Shown here one piece after another: positions 19,231 through 30,147 of a DNA stretch of 64,000 nucleotides; position 1 is the stretch's first letter; the number at the start of each line of letters is the position of its first letter. The notes beneath the pieces were generated by a model. The model did no database searches, was not told the DNA's origin, and saw nothing but the letters and a program-made list of their open reading frames with translations. Both the position numbers and the translations under genes were made by a program. This DNA comes from Terriglobia bacterium. Its GTDB lineage: Bacteria > Acidobacteriota > Terriglobia > 20CM-2-55-15. The DNA lies in the NCBI GenBank assembly GCA_965198225.1, contig CBDAOY010000009.1:832001-896000 (forward strand), read 5' to 3'.

Positions 19231-19496
19231 CTCCTGGTCGATTGATCCCAAAGGTGACGATTCATAACAAATAGAAGAACGCGAGCGCACCTGCACAATA
19301 GATTGACTCTGCGTAAGTTCGCGCGCGCGAGTGGCGCTGTCGGGGTCTGGAACCTGTTCTTCAGTTGTGGTTTAGGTGACAGAGGCGGGACGCCCTGCCA
19401 CCTGGCGTCTTCTTTTGTTTCGCTGACACTCCGCGACTGTGTCGGAATCGCGCCGCCCAAGGCTCCAACAGTCGGCGCCATGCCGCAATTCTTTCG

Positions 19497-19525
19497 TTGA
19501 AACCCGGCGAAACCGAACCCATAAT
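19497..19525 (+). promoter_or_regulatory. sigma70-type promoter
   Basis: TTGAAA-N17-CATAAT upstream of the RRM gene. Confidence 0.5.
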
Positions 19526-19613
19526 AGGCGGACGCATGGACAGACGTTCGCAATTGGAAGGTGGGCAGGGAACGCCTGCGGATTCCCGGAGGGACCCGAC
19601 AGAGGAATGAGCG

Positions 19614-20177
19614 ATGGGTAGTCGTCTCTTCGTCGGCAACCTTCCGTACGATGCGACGGAAGAGGAATTGACGGGCCACTTCTCTCAGGTGGGCCCCGTG
19701 TCTCGAGTGTTCCTTCCTCTTGACCGGGACACCGGCCGGCCGCGCGGTTTCGCGTTCGTCGAGTTTCCCTCTTCGGAGCACGCGGCCGAAGCGATCCAGC
19801 GCCTGAATCAACAACCCTTCAAAGAACGTCCTTTGGTGGTGAATGAAGCACGGCCCAGTGAGGCCCGTCCGGCCGGTGGGGCCCCTCGCGCCGGTTCACG
19901 CCCTCCGGCCGGCGGTGGGTTTCGCCCCGAGTCCCGAGAGCGGACGACGGTGGGAGGCGGACCACCGAGCCGCCCACCGGCGAAGAGCAAGGCCGGAGGT
20001 GGAGGACGCCGCCGCAGGGGAAAGCGGTCCTCCTGGGATGAGGGACCGAAGAAGGAACCTCTTAAGGAGAAGCTGGGCGGCCGTTTCTACGGAGACGATG
20101 ATGACCCGTCCGATGACGACGAAGACATCGATTTCGAGAACTTTGCCACCGGTGAGGGCGATTCCGACGACGAGTAG
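19614..20177 (+). CDS. RRM RNA-binding protein with low-complexity basic/acidic tail
   Basis: RNP2 LFVGNL, RNP1 RGFAFVEF and VNEARP. Confidence 0.92.
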   Translation: MGSRLFVGNLPYDATEEELTGHFSQVGPVSRVFLPLDRDTGRPRGFAFVEFPSSEHAAEAIQRLNQQPFKERPLVVNEARPSEARPAGGAPRAGSRPPAGGGFRPESRERTTVGGGPPSRPPAKSKAGGGGRRRRGKRSSWDEGPKKEPLKEKLGGRFYGDDDDPSDDDEDIDFENFATGEGDSDDE

Positions 20178-20280
20178 GGTTCTTGCATTCCTGCGGAACC
20201 GGGACTCGTCGGCTCTTTCCCGACCCAATCCGGCCTTGCCACACGCGCCCAGCCCCATCCGTCCTCGAATTCCCGCGCTT

Positions 20281-21672
20281 TTGAACCTGTCTTTGGCCTT
20301 CGCCCTCCTTCTGGCCGTCGCGACCAGGGCCGAAGCTCAGGACGCTGCGCCGGATGCACTCGAAGCTCTGAACACCTCGATCGCTCGCCTTACCCAACGG
20401 ATCACGCCGAGCGTGGTGCAGATTCACAGCAACGCGTTCGCTCCCGCGGTTCGGAGCGGACCGGTGACGGCGGTGACGCTGCAACCGAGGACGGGTTCCG
20501 GGGTAATCGTGAGTCCGGACGGTCTGATCGTCACCAACGCGCACGTCATTACCGGGTCCACCCGCGTCGACGTGCAGCTTGCTTTCGTCGAAGGCGAGCC
20601 CGGCAGTAGTGTTGTCCGTCCGCAAGGGAGAAGGTTGCCCGCCGAGGTACTCGGTATGGACCTCGAGACCGACCTTGCGCTGCTCCAGATCGAGGCCTCC
20701 AACCTGCCGAGCCTGGAGCTGGCCGACTCGGAGGAGGTTCAACAAGGCCAGATTGTTCTCGCTCTGGGCAGCCCGTTGGGGATGGAGAACTCGGTCAGCA
20801 TGGGCGTCATCAGTTCGGTGGCTCGCCAGCTGGAGCCGGAGGACCGGATGATCTATCTCCAGACCGACGCCCCAATCAACCCGGGGAACAGCGGAGGTCC
20901 GCTGGTCGACGTTGCTGGCAACGTGGTCGGCATCAACACGATGATCCTGTCCGGGTCGGGCGGAAGCGACGGGTTGGGGCTTGCGGTGCCGAGCAACATC
21001 GTTCGATCGGTTGTCGCGCAGCTGCGGCAGCGAGGGGTGTTCACTCGAGGCGAGATCGGAGTCGGCGCTCAGACGATAACCCCGGCGCTTGCAAGGGGGC
21101 TCGGGCTGGGTCGGGATCGTGGCGTCGTCCTGGCCGACGTCTACCTCGGAGGGCCCGCCTACGAAGTCGGCCTTCGAGTGGGAGATATCATTCTCTCGCT
21201 GAACGGTAAGCCGATGGAGAATGCCAGGCAGTTCTACGTCAATGTCTACGGGTACGTGGCGAACCGGGTCGTCGGCCTGGAGATTCTGCGCGGGGAAGAG
21301 CAGTTGAGTCGTTTCGTCATGGTCCGCGCCCGCCCGACCGATCCGGAACGCATTGCGCGCATGTTCGACCGGCAGCAGCGAGTGGTGGACAGGCTTGGTA
21401 TTCTCGCGATTGCGGTCGATCGCGAAGTCTCTCAGTTGCTCCCGGTCTTGAGGATGCCCGACGGGATTCTGGTGACAGGTGTGGTGGCCTCGCCCCGCGC
21501 GCCGACGGGGCTCTTCCGGCCCGGTGACATCATCTACTCCATCAACAACAGGTTTCTCAAGTCGGTTGACGAGCTACTTTCCATCCTCGATGGTTTTGAA
21601 CCCGGCGCCCCCGTCGTCATCCAGATCGAGAGGGGCCGCCGTCTCTCCTACCTCGAGGTCCGGCTGGATTGA
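20281..21672 (+). CDS. HtrA/DegP-family serine protease with two PDZ domains (start uncertain)
   Basis: TNAHV, DLALL and INPGNSGGPL triad motifs; signal peptide. Confidence 0.9.
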   Translation: MNLSLAFALLLAVATRAEAQDAAPDALEALNTSIARLTQRITPSVVQIHSNAFAPAVRSGPVTAVTLQPRTGSGVIVSPDGLIVTNAHVITGSTRVDVQLAFVEGEPGSSVVRPQGRRLPAEVLGMDLETDLALLQIEASNLPSLELADSEEVQQGQIVLALGSPLGMENSVSMGVISSVARQLEPEDRMIYLQTDAPINPGNSGGPLVDVAGNVVGINTMILSGSGGSDGLGLAVPSNIVRSVVAQLRQRGVFTRGEIGVGAQTITPALARGLGLGRDRGVVLADVYLGGPAYEVGLRVGDIILSLNGKPMENARQFYVNVYGYVANRVVGLEILRGEEQLSRFVMVRARPTDPERIARMFDRQQRVVDRLGILAIAVDREVSQLLPVLRMPDGILVTGVVASPRAPTGLFRPGDIIYSINNRFLKSVDELLSILDGFEPGAPVVIQIERGRRLSYLEVRLD

Positions 21673-22298
21673 TTCCTCAACCACGTTTCATTCTGGGCGT
21701 CGACCTCGATGGTGTATGTGCCGATTTCTACGGAGGGCTGCGTCCCATCGCCGCTGAGTGGCTCGGTGTGGAACCGGACAGTCTCCCCTCCAACGTCAGC
21801 CACGGGCTGTCGGAGTGGGGAATCGAAGCCGCGCCCGGCGGGTATGAAGCTCTCCACCGCTTCGCGGTCACCCAGCGGAACCTGTTCCGGGAACTCCAGC
21901 CCCTCGACCGCGCTGCTGTGACACTGCGCATTTTATCCAGCCACGACATCCGAATCCGGATCATCACGAACAGGTTGTTCATCAAGTATTTTCATCAGGA
22001 GGCGGTGCGCCAGACCATCGAATGGCTGGACCATCACGACATTCCGTACTGGGACCTCTGTTTCATGCGGGACAAGGCGGCGGTCGGCGCTGACCTCTAC
22101 GTCGAGGATGCTCCCGAGAACGTCGAGCAATTACGGGCCGACGGGCATCCCACCATCGTCTTCTCGAACTCCACGAACCGGCATCTGCCCGGTCCCCGCG
22201 CCGATTCCTGGGTAGATGTCCAGTCCGGGGTTTTGACCGAACTCGAGTCCTGGAAGGAGCGGGAGAAAGCCAGTCGAAAGCGGCTCTCGGGAGAGTAA
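21669..22298 (+). CDS. 5'(3')-nucleotidase-like HAD hydrolase (NT5C type)
   Basis: LGVDLDGV motif I and DLYVED. Confidence 0.75.
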   Translation: MIPQPRFILGVDLDGVCADFYGGLRPIAAEWLGVEPDSLPSNVSHGLSEWGIEAAPGGYEALHRFAVTQRNLFRELQPLDRAAVTLRILSSHDIRIRIITNRLFIKYFHQEAVRQTIEWLDHHDIPYWDLCFMRDKAAVGADLYVEDAPENVEQLRADGHPTIVFSNSTNRHLPGPRADSWVDVQSGVLTELESWKEREKASRKRLSGE

Positions 22299-23350
22299 CG
22301 CTGCGCTGGAGAGTGACGCTGCGCTGCCAGCACACGGGCTGCTAGCACGCGATCGTCCGATATACTCACACCTCGTCGCGGAGGATTCTCGATGTCCGAA
22401 GAAACCAGGAAAGAGCCCAGCCTCATAGAGGCGCTCATTCCCGTCCTGATGCTCATTGTCATGCTATGGGCATCGGTGCGCCTCTTCGGCGATGGATCTT
22501 CTTCCGGGCCGAACCAGATGGCGTTGCTGCTGGCGGCTGCCGCGGCGGTGATCGTCGGGATGAGGAACGGTTACACCTGGGAGGAACTGCAGGACGCAAT
22601 GATCAGTGGCGTTTCGCTGTCGATGGGAGCCGTCTTTATCCTCTTCACAGTGGGCTCGTTGATCGGGACGTGGATCATGGCCGGTATCGTTCCCGCGATG
22701 ATCTACTACGGCCTCCAGATCCTGCATCCCTCCATCTTTTACCTTGCGACCGTGTTTATCTGCGCGATCGTGTCGATCGCCACAGGCAGTTCATGGACCA
22801 CGGCCGGGACGGTGGGCATCGCCTTGATCGGTATCGCCGGCGTCCTCGAGCTGAACCTTGCCATCGCTGCCGGAGCCGTTATTTCGGGATCCTACTTCGG
22901 GGACAAGCTGTCCCCGCTGTCGGACACCACGAATCTGGCACCGGCCATGACGGGCACAGAGCTGTTTACGCACATCCGCCACATGTTGTGGACGACAGTA
23001 CCCGCGTTAGTTATCGGGGGAACTCTGTTTCTCTTCCTGGGATTCCGCGGTGGCGGTCGGCAGGGTGGTGATCTTCAGCTGTTTCTCGATGCGTTGGCAA
23101 CGCAGTTCAACATCGGTTGGTACCTGATGATTTGCCCGGCGATCGTCCTCTTCATGGTGATGAAGAAGGTGCCGGCTTTGCCGGCCCTGTCGATCGGCGC
23201 GCTGCTTGGCGGAGTCTTTGCCGTTATTTTTCAGCAAGCTGCTGTCCTCGATTTCGTCGACAGCCCCGATCTCCCCAGGAGTGTGGCACTGCTGAAGGGC
23301 TTCTGGATTGCGTTGTTTGACGGGTTCAACGCCGATACGGGCAACGAGCG

Positions 23351-24728
23351 GAGCTACCCTCAAAAGGTGTGTAAATAGCATAGGCGGTGATTATCCTTCC
23401 GGGTGAAATAAAAACCCGGGCGGAAGAGCCCGAAAGGAAGGAGTCACACCGCCATGAGCAAGAAGAACATTGATCGAAGTGTGGAGTCAAGAGTCTGCTT
23501 TGAACAGCTGGAAGAGTGGGTGCGAGAGCAGATCCAGTTTTACGTACAGGAACTGTTGGAGGATGAAGTGACACAGCTGCTGGGCGAAGAAAGAATGAGC
23601 GTCGCCGAGAAGTGGACGCGCCCGGTGGCTATCGCAACGGCTACGGTAAGGAGCGGCGACTGACGCTGAGTTGCGGAACGATCAAGCTGCGGCGTCCCCG
23701 AGTGCGGGATCTGGAAGAGCGTTTTGAGAGCCGGGTCTTGCCGCTGTTTGCCAAGCGGACGCAAGAGGTACGAGACTTGATTCCAGAACTCTATTTGCAT
23801 GGTCTGGCCGAGGGGGATTTCGATCTGGCCTTAAGAGGGCTTTTAGGGGAAGAAGCGCCGCTGTCCCCCAGCACCGTAGCCCGGTTGAAGGAGAAGTGGC
23901 AGGGAGAAATGGAGGCCTGGCAAAGCCGTCGGCTGGACGATCTGGAAGTGGTGTATCTGTGGGCAGACGGTGTGTACATCAAAGCAGGGCTGGAGAAGGA
24001 AAAGGCCGTGATCCTGGTAGTGATCGCCGCTTTAAGTGATGGCACTAAAGTGGTGGTGTCGGTCAGTAGTGGTTATCGAGAATCGACCCAGAGCTGGTCC
24101 GAAGTGCTGAGGGATCTCAAAGCGGCGGGGGATGAACCCACCGAGACTGGTGATGGCTGACGGGCATCTGGGGATCTGGGGAGCGTTGCGCAACGTTTTC
24201 CCAGAAGCCGACGAGCAGAGATGCTGGAATCATCGATCGTCAACTTGCTGGCTAAGATCCCCAAGGGTCGCACAAAGCGGCGTTGTTGATGTTGCGGCAG
24301 ATCCCTTATGCAGAAACACGGCAGGAAGCCGAGCAAGTCAAAGGACGATTCCAACATTGGTGTGGCAAGAGAGGACTGGAGGCTGCGGCTGATCTGATCG
24401 ACCAGGACTGGGATCGGATGGTGACGTTTTACAACTATCCCAAACAGCAGTGGCAACATCTGCGGACTACCAATCCAGTGGAGTCTCCCTTCTCTGCTCT
24501 GCGACTGCGAACCGATGCCTCTCGAAGGTTCAAGAAAGTGGCCAACGCACGGGCTGTCATCTGGAAGATGCTGCTGGTCGCTGAGAAACGATTTACGCCG
24601 TTTGAAGGCTCCGCACGTGATGAAGGATGTCTACCAAGGCGCCCAATATGTCAATGGAGTTCCAGTCAACCAAGTCACCGCGGAGAAAGCCGCCTGATGT
24701 CTATTTACACACTTATTGACGGAACCTC
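23351..24728 (+). mobile_element. IS256-family insertion sequence
   Basis: imperfect 28-bp IRs (GAG...GTGTGTAAATAG), 9-bp TSD CAACGAGCG at 23342..23350 and 24729..24737. Confidence 0.93.
23454..24697 (+). pseudogene. IS256 transposase, about four frameshifts
   Basis: YRNGY, YLWADG, QRCWNH and RTTNPVES are spread over five ORFs. Confidence 0.88.
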
Positions 24729-25292
24729 CAACGAGCGTCTCGATGAGCTGCTGACCCGCGGCGGGATGTCGTCGATGTTGACGACCGTGTGGTTGATCAT
24801 GACCGCGATGGTTTTCGGCTCGACGATGGAACGGACAGGTAAGCTTGGACGGATCGCCGGCACGATTCTGGCCTCGGCGCGAAGCACGGGTTCGCTGGTC
24901 CTGGCTACGCTCGCGACCGCGATCGGCACGAACATCGTCGCCTCGGACCAGTACATTGCTATCGTGCGTCCAGGACGGATGTTTCGGGCCGAGTTCGCAA
25001 GGAGAAAGCTGCACCCGAAGAACCTGTCGCGATGTCTGGAAGACGCAGGGACAATGACCTCGTCGCTGGTTCCCTGGAACACCGGCGGCGCCTACATGGC
25101 CGGAACGCTAGGAGTCCCGACGCTCTCCTACCTCCCGTTCGCTTTCGTAAACCTGCTGAGCCCGATCATCTCGGCAACATACGGGTTCACCGGCTTCACT
25201 ATCGAAAAGCTCGACGACGATGAGCCCGAGGCCGCCTCGGCCGTTACCGTCCCCGCTTCAGCCGAGTAACTATCAGTGTTCAAGTTGATGAC

Positions 25293-25333
25293 GTTACTGA
25301 CTACTGATTACTGACTACTGACAACTGACTACA
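25293..25333. repeat. heptamer tandem repeat (CTGACTA-like)
   Basis: TTACTGACTACTGATTACTGACTACTGACAACTGACTAC. Confidence 0.7.
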
Positions 25334-25344
25334 ATGGAGTCCCC

Positions 25345-25788
25345 ATGGCACTTCTATTCGTCCTGATCGCCCTCGCCATCGGCATCGTCCTTCCCATGCA
25401 GGCGGGCATCAACGCGCAACTCCGCATCTGGGTCGGACACCCGATCCATGCCGCGTTGATCTCTTTCAGCGTGGGCACTCTGGCGTTGTTTGCCAGTGCG
25501 TCCGCCTTGCGTCTTCCGTGGCCAAGCGTTTCCCATCTGGGGCAGGCCCCGTGGTGGGCCTGGCGCGGCGGGCTCCTCGGCGCCATCTACGTCTCGATGG
25601 CTGTCATTCTGGCGCCGCGGTTGGGAGCCGCCACGCTGATCGGGGCCAGCGTGGCCGGTCAGCTCGTCGGCTCGTTGCTGCTGGACCACTACGGCGTCGT
25701 CGGGTACGCTGTTCGCCCGCTAAGTGTCGAACGCATCATCGGAGTCGCTCTGCTCCTGGTAGGAGTGCTCCTGATTCAACGATTCTGA
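25345..25788 (+). CDS. DMT-family transporter (YdcZ/DUF606-like)
   Basis: QAGINAQL, WWAW.GG.LGA and GQL..SLLLDH.G. Confidence 0.85.
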   Translation: MALLFVLIALAIGIVLPMQAGINAQLRIWVGHPIHAALISFSVGTLALFASASALRLPWPSVSHLGQAPWWAWRGGLLGAIYVSMAVILAPRLGAATLIGASVAGQLVGSLLLDHYGVVGYAVRPLSVERIIGVALLLVGVLLIQRF

Positions 25789-25800
25789 GAGGAGAATGAT

Positions 25801-26271
25801 GTGACCCACGACGAATCCCTTCGCAACCACCTGGTCGACCTGCTTCGGGCCGGGCATGCGCATGTCACGTTCGACGCTGCCCTCGAGGACTGGAAGCCCG
25901 AATTGCAGGGCATCAAACCTGCCGGTGCCGCTCACACTCCGTGGCAGCTTCTCGAGCACCTCCGCATCGCGCAGTGGGACATCGTGGAGTTCTCGAGGAG
26001 TGCGGACCACGTTTCCCCGAACTTTCCCGACGGTTACTGGCCGGTGGGAGAAGCACCGGCCGATGATGCGGCCTGGGAATCCAGCCTCGAGCAGTTCCGG
26101 CGGGATCATGAGGGAATGCAGGCTCTGGTCCAGGACGCGGCCGTCGACCTGCACGCCCCCATTTCGCATGGCGACGGCCAGACGATTCTGCGCGAGGCGC
26201 TCATGCTCGCGCAGCACAACGGCTACCACATCGGACAGTTGATGACGCTTCGGAAGATACTGGGAGCCTAG
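25801..26271 (+). CDS. DinB-family protein
   Basis: WQLLEHLRIAQ.DI and HNGYHIGQ. Confidence 0.85.
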   Translation: MTHDESLRNHLVDLLRAGHAHVTFDAALEDWKPELQGIKPAGAAHTPWQLLEHLRIAQWDIVEFSRSADHVSPNFPDGYWPVGEAPADDAAWESSLEQFRRDHEGMQALVQDAAVDLHAPISHGDGQTILREALMLAQHNGYHIGQLMTLRKILGA

Positions 26272-27808
26272 GAGTCTGCGCGGCAGAAGGACCGGAATTG
26301 GGCGGATAAAGATCGAAGATATGTCATGGCACGAACCTATCGGACTTATAGCCCAGAACAAACACTGCTGATGCCACCGTCGTTGAGAGATTGGTTGGCC
26401 GAAGATCACCTGTCGTACTTCATATCGGACGCGGTGGACGCGATGGATTTGAGCGCGTTCGAACAGCGGTATGGAACCGAGGGTCCGGGCAATCAGGCGT
26501 TTGATCCGCGGATGATGGTGAAGGTGCTGATTTATGGGTACGCGACCGGAGTGTTCTCGTCCAGGAAGATCGCGGCGAAGTTGACCGACGACGTAGCGTT
26601 CCGGATGTTGGGAGCGGAGAACTTTCCGGCGCACCGAACGATCTCGGATTTTCGCAAACTGCATCTTGAGGAGTTCGGAAACCTGTTTGTGCAAGTGGTG
26701 ATGATGGCGCGGGAAGCGGGACTGGTGAAGATGGGAACCGTGGCGGTGGACGGGACCAAGATGCGGGCGAATGCAAGCAAACGCAAAGCGATGAGCTACG
26801 AACGCATGAAAAAGCAGGAGACCGAATTGGGTGAACAGATTCGGGATCTGTTGAACCGGGCCGAGGCGACCGATGAGGACGAAGACGAGCGATACGGCAA
26901 GGACCGGCGCGGAGACGAACTGCCCGACGGGTTGGCCACGCGCAAGAAGCGCCTGGCCACGATACAGGCGGCCATGAAGCGGCTCGAAGAACGTCAGATG
27001 GCCGCGGACAAGGAAGCGGGACGGAACACCAAAGATCACAAACCCGGATGCGGAAAGAAGCCATTCAAACGTCCCATGGGGGAACCTAAACCCACGGCCC
27101 AGGACAACTTCACCGACCCGGAAAGCCGGATGATGAAGACCTCCACCGAAGGGTTCCAGCAATGCTACAACGCGCAAGCGGTGGTGGATTCCCAGGCCCG
27201 GATCATCGTGGCAACAACGGTGACTGACAATGCATCGGATGTGGGGCAGTTGGAACCCACGCTGGATGCGTTGAGCGACAATCTGGGGGAGCGTCCCGAC
27301 CGCGTGCTGGCCGATGCGGGATATCGATCCGAGTCAAATCTGGGGATGTTGGAACAACGTCAGATTGACGGGTATGTTGCGATGGGTCGCGAGAAGGATC
27401 TCGCCCGTGCCCCACTCCCACCCAAAGACACCGCTGTTGGTCGGATGATGAGAAAGATGAAAACCAAGCGTGGGCGTGACTGCTACCGGGCCCGAAAGCA
27501 CATTGGTGAGCCGCCCTTCGGGTGGATCAAGTCGGTGCTCGGATTCCGACAGTTCAGTCTACGCGGTTTGGACAAAGTGACCGGGGAGTGGAATCTGGTC
27601 ACTCTGGCGGTGAACTTACGACGGATGAACGGGAAGATCGAATGGGCATAATCCGGAAAACCGCAACCCGGCAGACCCGATACACGGCCAATTACGGGTG
27701 TCCGTACAACTCTGAACTCGTCGTATCGGAAGAATCGGTCGATTCTCCTCCGAAGACCCTCTCAAATCCCAATCAGTCCGAGTTCTTTGCGCTCTGCCGC
27801 GCAGACTC
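26272..27808 (+). mobile_element. IS1182-family insertion sequence
   Basis: perfect 16-bp IR GAGTCTGCGCGGCAGA, with CTAG duplicated at 26268..26271 and 27809..27812. Confidence 0.93.
26326..27651 (+). CDS. IS1182 transposase (intact)
   Basis: SSRKIA, VDGTK..ANAS, TDPESR.M, YNAQ, LADAGY and EPPFG.IK. Confidence 0.93.
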   Translation: MARTYRTYSPEQTLLMPPSLRDWLAEDHLSYFISDAVDAMDLSAFEQRYGTEGPGNQAFDPRMMVKVLIYGYATGVFSSRKIAAKLTDDVAFRMLGAENFPAHRTISDFRKLHLEEFGNLFVQVVMMAREAGLVKMGTVAVDGTKMRANASKRKAMSYERMKKQETELGEQIRDLLNRAEATDEDEDERYGKDRRGDELPDGLATRKKRLATIQAAMKRLEERQMAADKEAGRNTKDHKPGCGKKPFKRPMGEPKPTAQDNFTDPESRMMKTSTEGFQQCYNAQAVVDSQARIIVATTVTDNASDVGQLEPTLDALSDNLGERPDRVLADAGYRSESNLGMLEQRQIDGYVAMGREKDLARAPLPPKDTAVGRMMRKMKTKRGRDCYRARKHIGEPPFGWIKSVLGFRQFSLRGLDKVTGEWNLVTLAVNLRRMNGKIEWA

Positions 27809-27884
27809 CTAGCCGCTTGATCCCTATGCTTGAGCGTCTTACAGTCAGATGTCTCTTCGACAGGATGAAACCCCTATCTATCGC

Positions 27885-28050
27885 AAATTGGTCATTGGAC
27901 GAATCCGCATTGGAAGTTGGAGATTGCTAAATTGCTCGATTTCGGATCGGCTGGCATTTCGAGCGGTCTGATGGACCGGGGAAATGTGAGATGAAGCAAT
28001 CTCCGATAAGAAACCTGCAATGTGGATTGTTCAGATATCGCAATTTGCAG
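27885..28050. repeat. inverted doublet of the (GGAC)GAATCCGCATT repeat family
   Basis: related cores at about 45740, 54220/54300 and 60985. Confidence 0.55.
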
Positions 28051-28072
28051 TAGCAAGGGGCCCCCTGACCGC

Positions 28073-28783
28073 TTACGACAACAACGTCTGGAACAGGATG
28101 CGGCCCCCGACCCACACCACCCACAGGCTCATCACGGCCACCGACCGCGTGACGATCGACATTCGGCGCGGAGCCACGTTGCCGTAGGCGATGATCAACA
28201 GGATCAGTACCCAGAACGTGATCAGGTCGAACGATTGCGCGGCGGTGAAGACGGGTCGTGACACTTCAGTCGGGTCGAGGAAGGTCGAGACGGCGATGCC
28301 GCCAAGCTCCTGAGGGTTCAGCGCCGACGACGGTATGAGCAGGACCATCAGAGTTGCCGCGATGTTTCGGATCAACAACGGGAGTTGGGCGAAGGCGGTC
28401 AGGGAAAAGAAGGTTCGGAAACCCGCGGAACTTCCCAGGATCATGAAGATTCCGAAGTATGTGCTCGACAGCAGGAGTGTGAGGACAAGAGGCCCCACCA
28501 ATGCGCCGCCAAAACCGATGTAGCGGAACGGTCCCTCGCGAGCGTTCTGCACGATCCGATCCTTCTGTTCCTCCGACAGGTTCTGGCCCTGCGGGGATTG
28601 CTCGACAGCTCGCAGGACGAATTCACCGGGATCGATGTTGAGGGTGAACACCACCGTGGTGATGAGGCCTATGACCGTCAAGACGATGATCGGCGCCCAC
28701 GCGGGGATGCGGGCCTGCGCGATCTCGTTGAATGCGGCACCCGGACTCCAGAAGGTCTTGAGGACGAGCAGCGCACCTCTCAT
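28073..28783 (-). CDS. Yip1-family membrane protein
   Basis: FWSPGAAFNEI N-terminus and about five TM helices. Confidence 0.75.
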   Translation of the reverse strand: MRGALLVLKTFWSPGAAFNEIAQARIPAWAPIIVLTVIGLITTVVFTLNIDPGEFVLRAVEQSPQGQNLSEEQKDRIVQNAREGPFRYIGFGGALVGPLVLTLLLSSTYFGIFMILGSSAGFRTFFSLTAFAQLPLLIRNIAATLMVLLIPSSALNPQELGGIAVSTFLDPTEVSRPVFTAAQSFDLITFWVLILLIIAYGNVAPRRMSIVTRSVAVMSLWVVWVGGRILFQTLLS

Positions 28784-28923
28784 GCGGGCATTTAATCACA
28801 ATGTTGAAACACGCGAAGCAGGAATTCAAGTGGTGGCCGGCCCCGGTAGTGTCCTAATTTAGGGCACTACCCCGGCCCGCTGCAGATCGCCTCGATCGAC
28901 TCTTCGTAGTATGGGAGAGGTTT

Positions 28924-30141
28924 TTAAGGAGAGGACCGATCCACCACTTCGACGCCATCGACGACGTCGTCAGCCGGGTGCACGATCACCGGGTCGGCCT
29001 CTGCCAGCCCGGACATCACCTGGGCCTCCAGGCCATTACGCCGCCCTACTTCGACCGCCCGAAGAGCCGCCTTGCCGTCGGCGACCGTGAACACCGCCCA
29101 TTCGGTACCGCTGCGGAACAGACTGCTCGTAGGCGCCTTCAGGGCGTCCTCGGTTTCCCATATGACGACCCGCACTTCGACCCGGTATCCGTCGCCCAGG
29201 TGCTCGGCTGCTTCGGCTGGGTCTTCGAAATCGACGATGACGTTGACGCGCTGTTCCTCCACTCCCAGCGCCGAAAGCTTTGTGAAGCCCGAGGGTTCCA
29301 CCAACCGCACCCGGCCTTCGAGCGTCATCCCGCCTCCCCACTGTTCTACCAGCACCCGATCACCGGTCGATACTTTGACGGCGTCCTCGGAAAGGAGGTC
29401 CGACACGATTTCCAACTGCAGGACGTTACCTATTTCAACCAACGGCTCCCCGGACGGAACGACGGCTTCGCTCTCGCGGAGACGCCGCAGGACGACGCCA
29501 TCGATTGGGGATCGGATGGTGATCGGGCGGGTCCCGTTGTTCCCACCCGTCGCGGCGTCGCGAGCCGCCTGCACCAGGCTGGCCTCGGCGACTTCCAGGG
29601 CCTGCTCCGCATCGCGGACGTCGAACTCCGCCGCGTTGAACCCTTCCCTTTTGCTGCGGGCCTCGAATTCGACCGTGTCGAGACGCTCCATCGCAATGAG
29701 TCCCTGCTCGGCCAGCTCCTCATAACGTTCGAGCTGAGATTCGGCGAACGCCAGCTCCTCCCGAACCCGGTCCCGCGTCGCCTGGGCGCGGCCCAGCGAT
29801 GCTTCTGCCACCCGGACGCGGGCTTCGGCTTCGGCCCGGCTGCGAACGTCAAGCAATGCGGGCTCCGCGGGAAGGAAGGCGGCAATTGGCGTCCCCCCGG
29901 CCCGGACTCTATCGCCCGGCTCCAGTTCGATCCGCAGTACACGACCGGCTACCGGTGCCGATACCACGAAGCGATCCCGGATGCGGGTTTCGCCCTCCTC
30001 ATCGATCGTCACCCGCATGGAGCCCCGGACGACCTCGCCAAAGTCCGCCTGTATCGGCCGGGGCCGGAACGAATAGACGAGAGCTCCCCCGATCGCCGCC
30101 AGGACGAGTACCCCGAACACTCTCTTGAGAAGGCGTTTCAT
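28924..30141 (-). CDS. HlyD/MacA-type periplasmic adaptor
   Basis: VSAPVAG, coiled-coil hairpin, IRSPIDG and SALGVEEQRV. Confidence 0.9.
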   Translation of the reverse strand: MKRLLKRVFGVLVLAAIGGALVYSFRPRPIQADFGEVVRGSMRVTIDEEGETRIRDRFVVSAPVAGRVLRIELEPGDRVRAGGTPIAAFLPAEPALLDVRSRAEAEARVRVAEASLGRAQATRDRVREELAFAESQLERYEELAEQGLIAMERLDTVEFEARSKREGFNAAEFDVRDAEQALEVAEASLVQAARDAATGGNNGTRPITIRSPIDGVVLRRLRESEAVVPSGEPLVEIGNVLQLEIVSDLLSEDAVKVSTGDRVLVEQWGGGMTLEGRVRLVEPSGFTKLSALGVEEQRVNVIVDFEDPAEAAEHLGDGYRVEVRVVIWETEDALKAPTSSLFRSGTEWAVFTVADGKAALRAVEVGRRNGLEAQVMSGLAEADPVIVHPADDVVDGVEVVDRSSP

Positions 30142-30147
30142 GTTTCC

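Larger units (their letters stand above)
22392..25269 (+). pseudogene. nhaC: NhaC-family Na+/H+ antiporter split by IS256
   Basis: GSSWTT and FGDKLSPLSDTTN in the 5' half; LLTRGG and LSRCLEDAGT in the 3' half; removing the IS and one TSD restores the frame. Confidence 0.9.

Noticed and set aside
22291-22326. 18-bp tandem duplication GAGAGT(A/G)ACGCTGCGCTG
   Set aside because: Only two units at a gene end; most simply a slippage event
23454-24697. Programmed frameshifting in the IS256 transposase
   Set aside because: IS256 transposases are single ORFs; about four breaks indicate decay or sequence error
24283-25269. Novel transposase-antiporter fusion protein
   Set aside because: Explained by a frameshifted IS reading through its IR into nhaC
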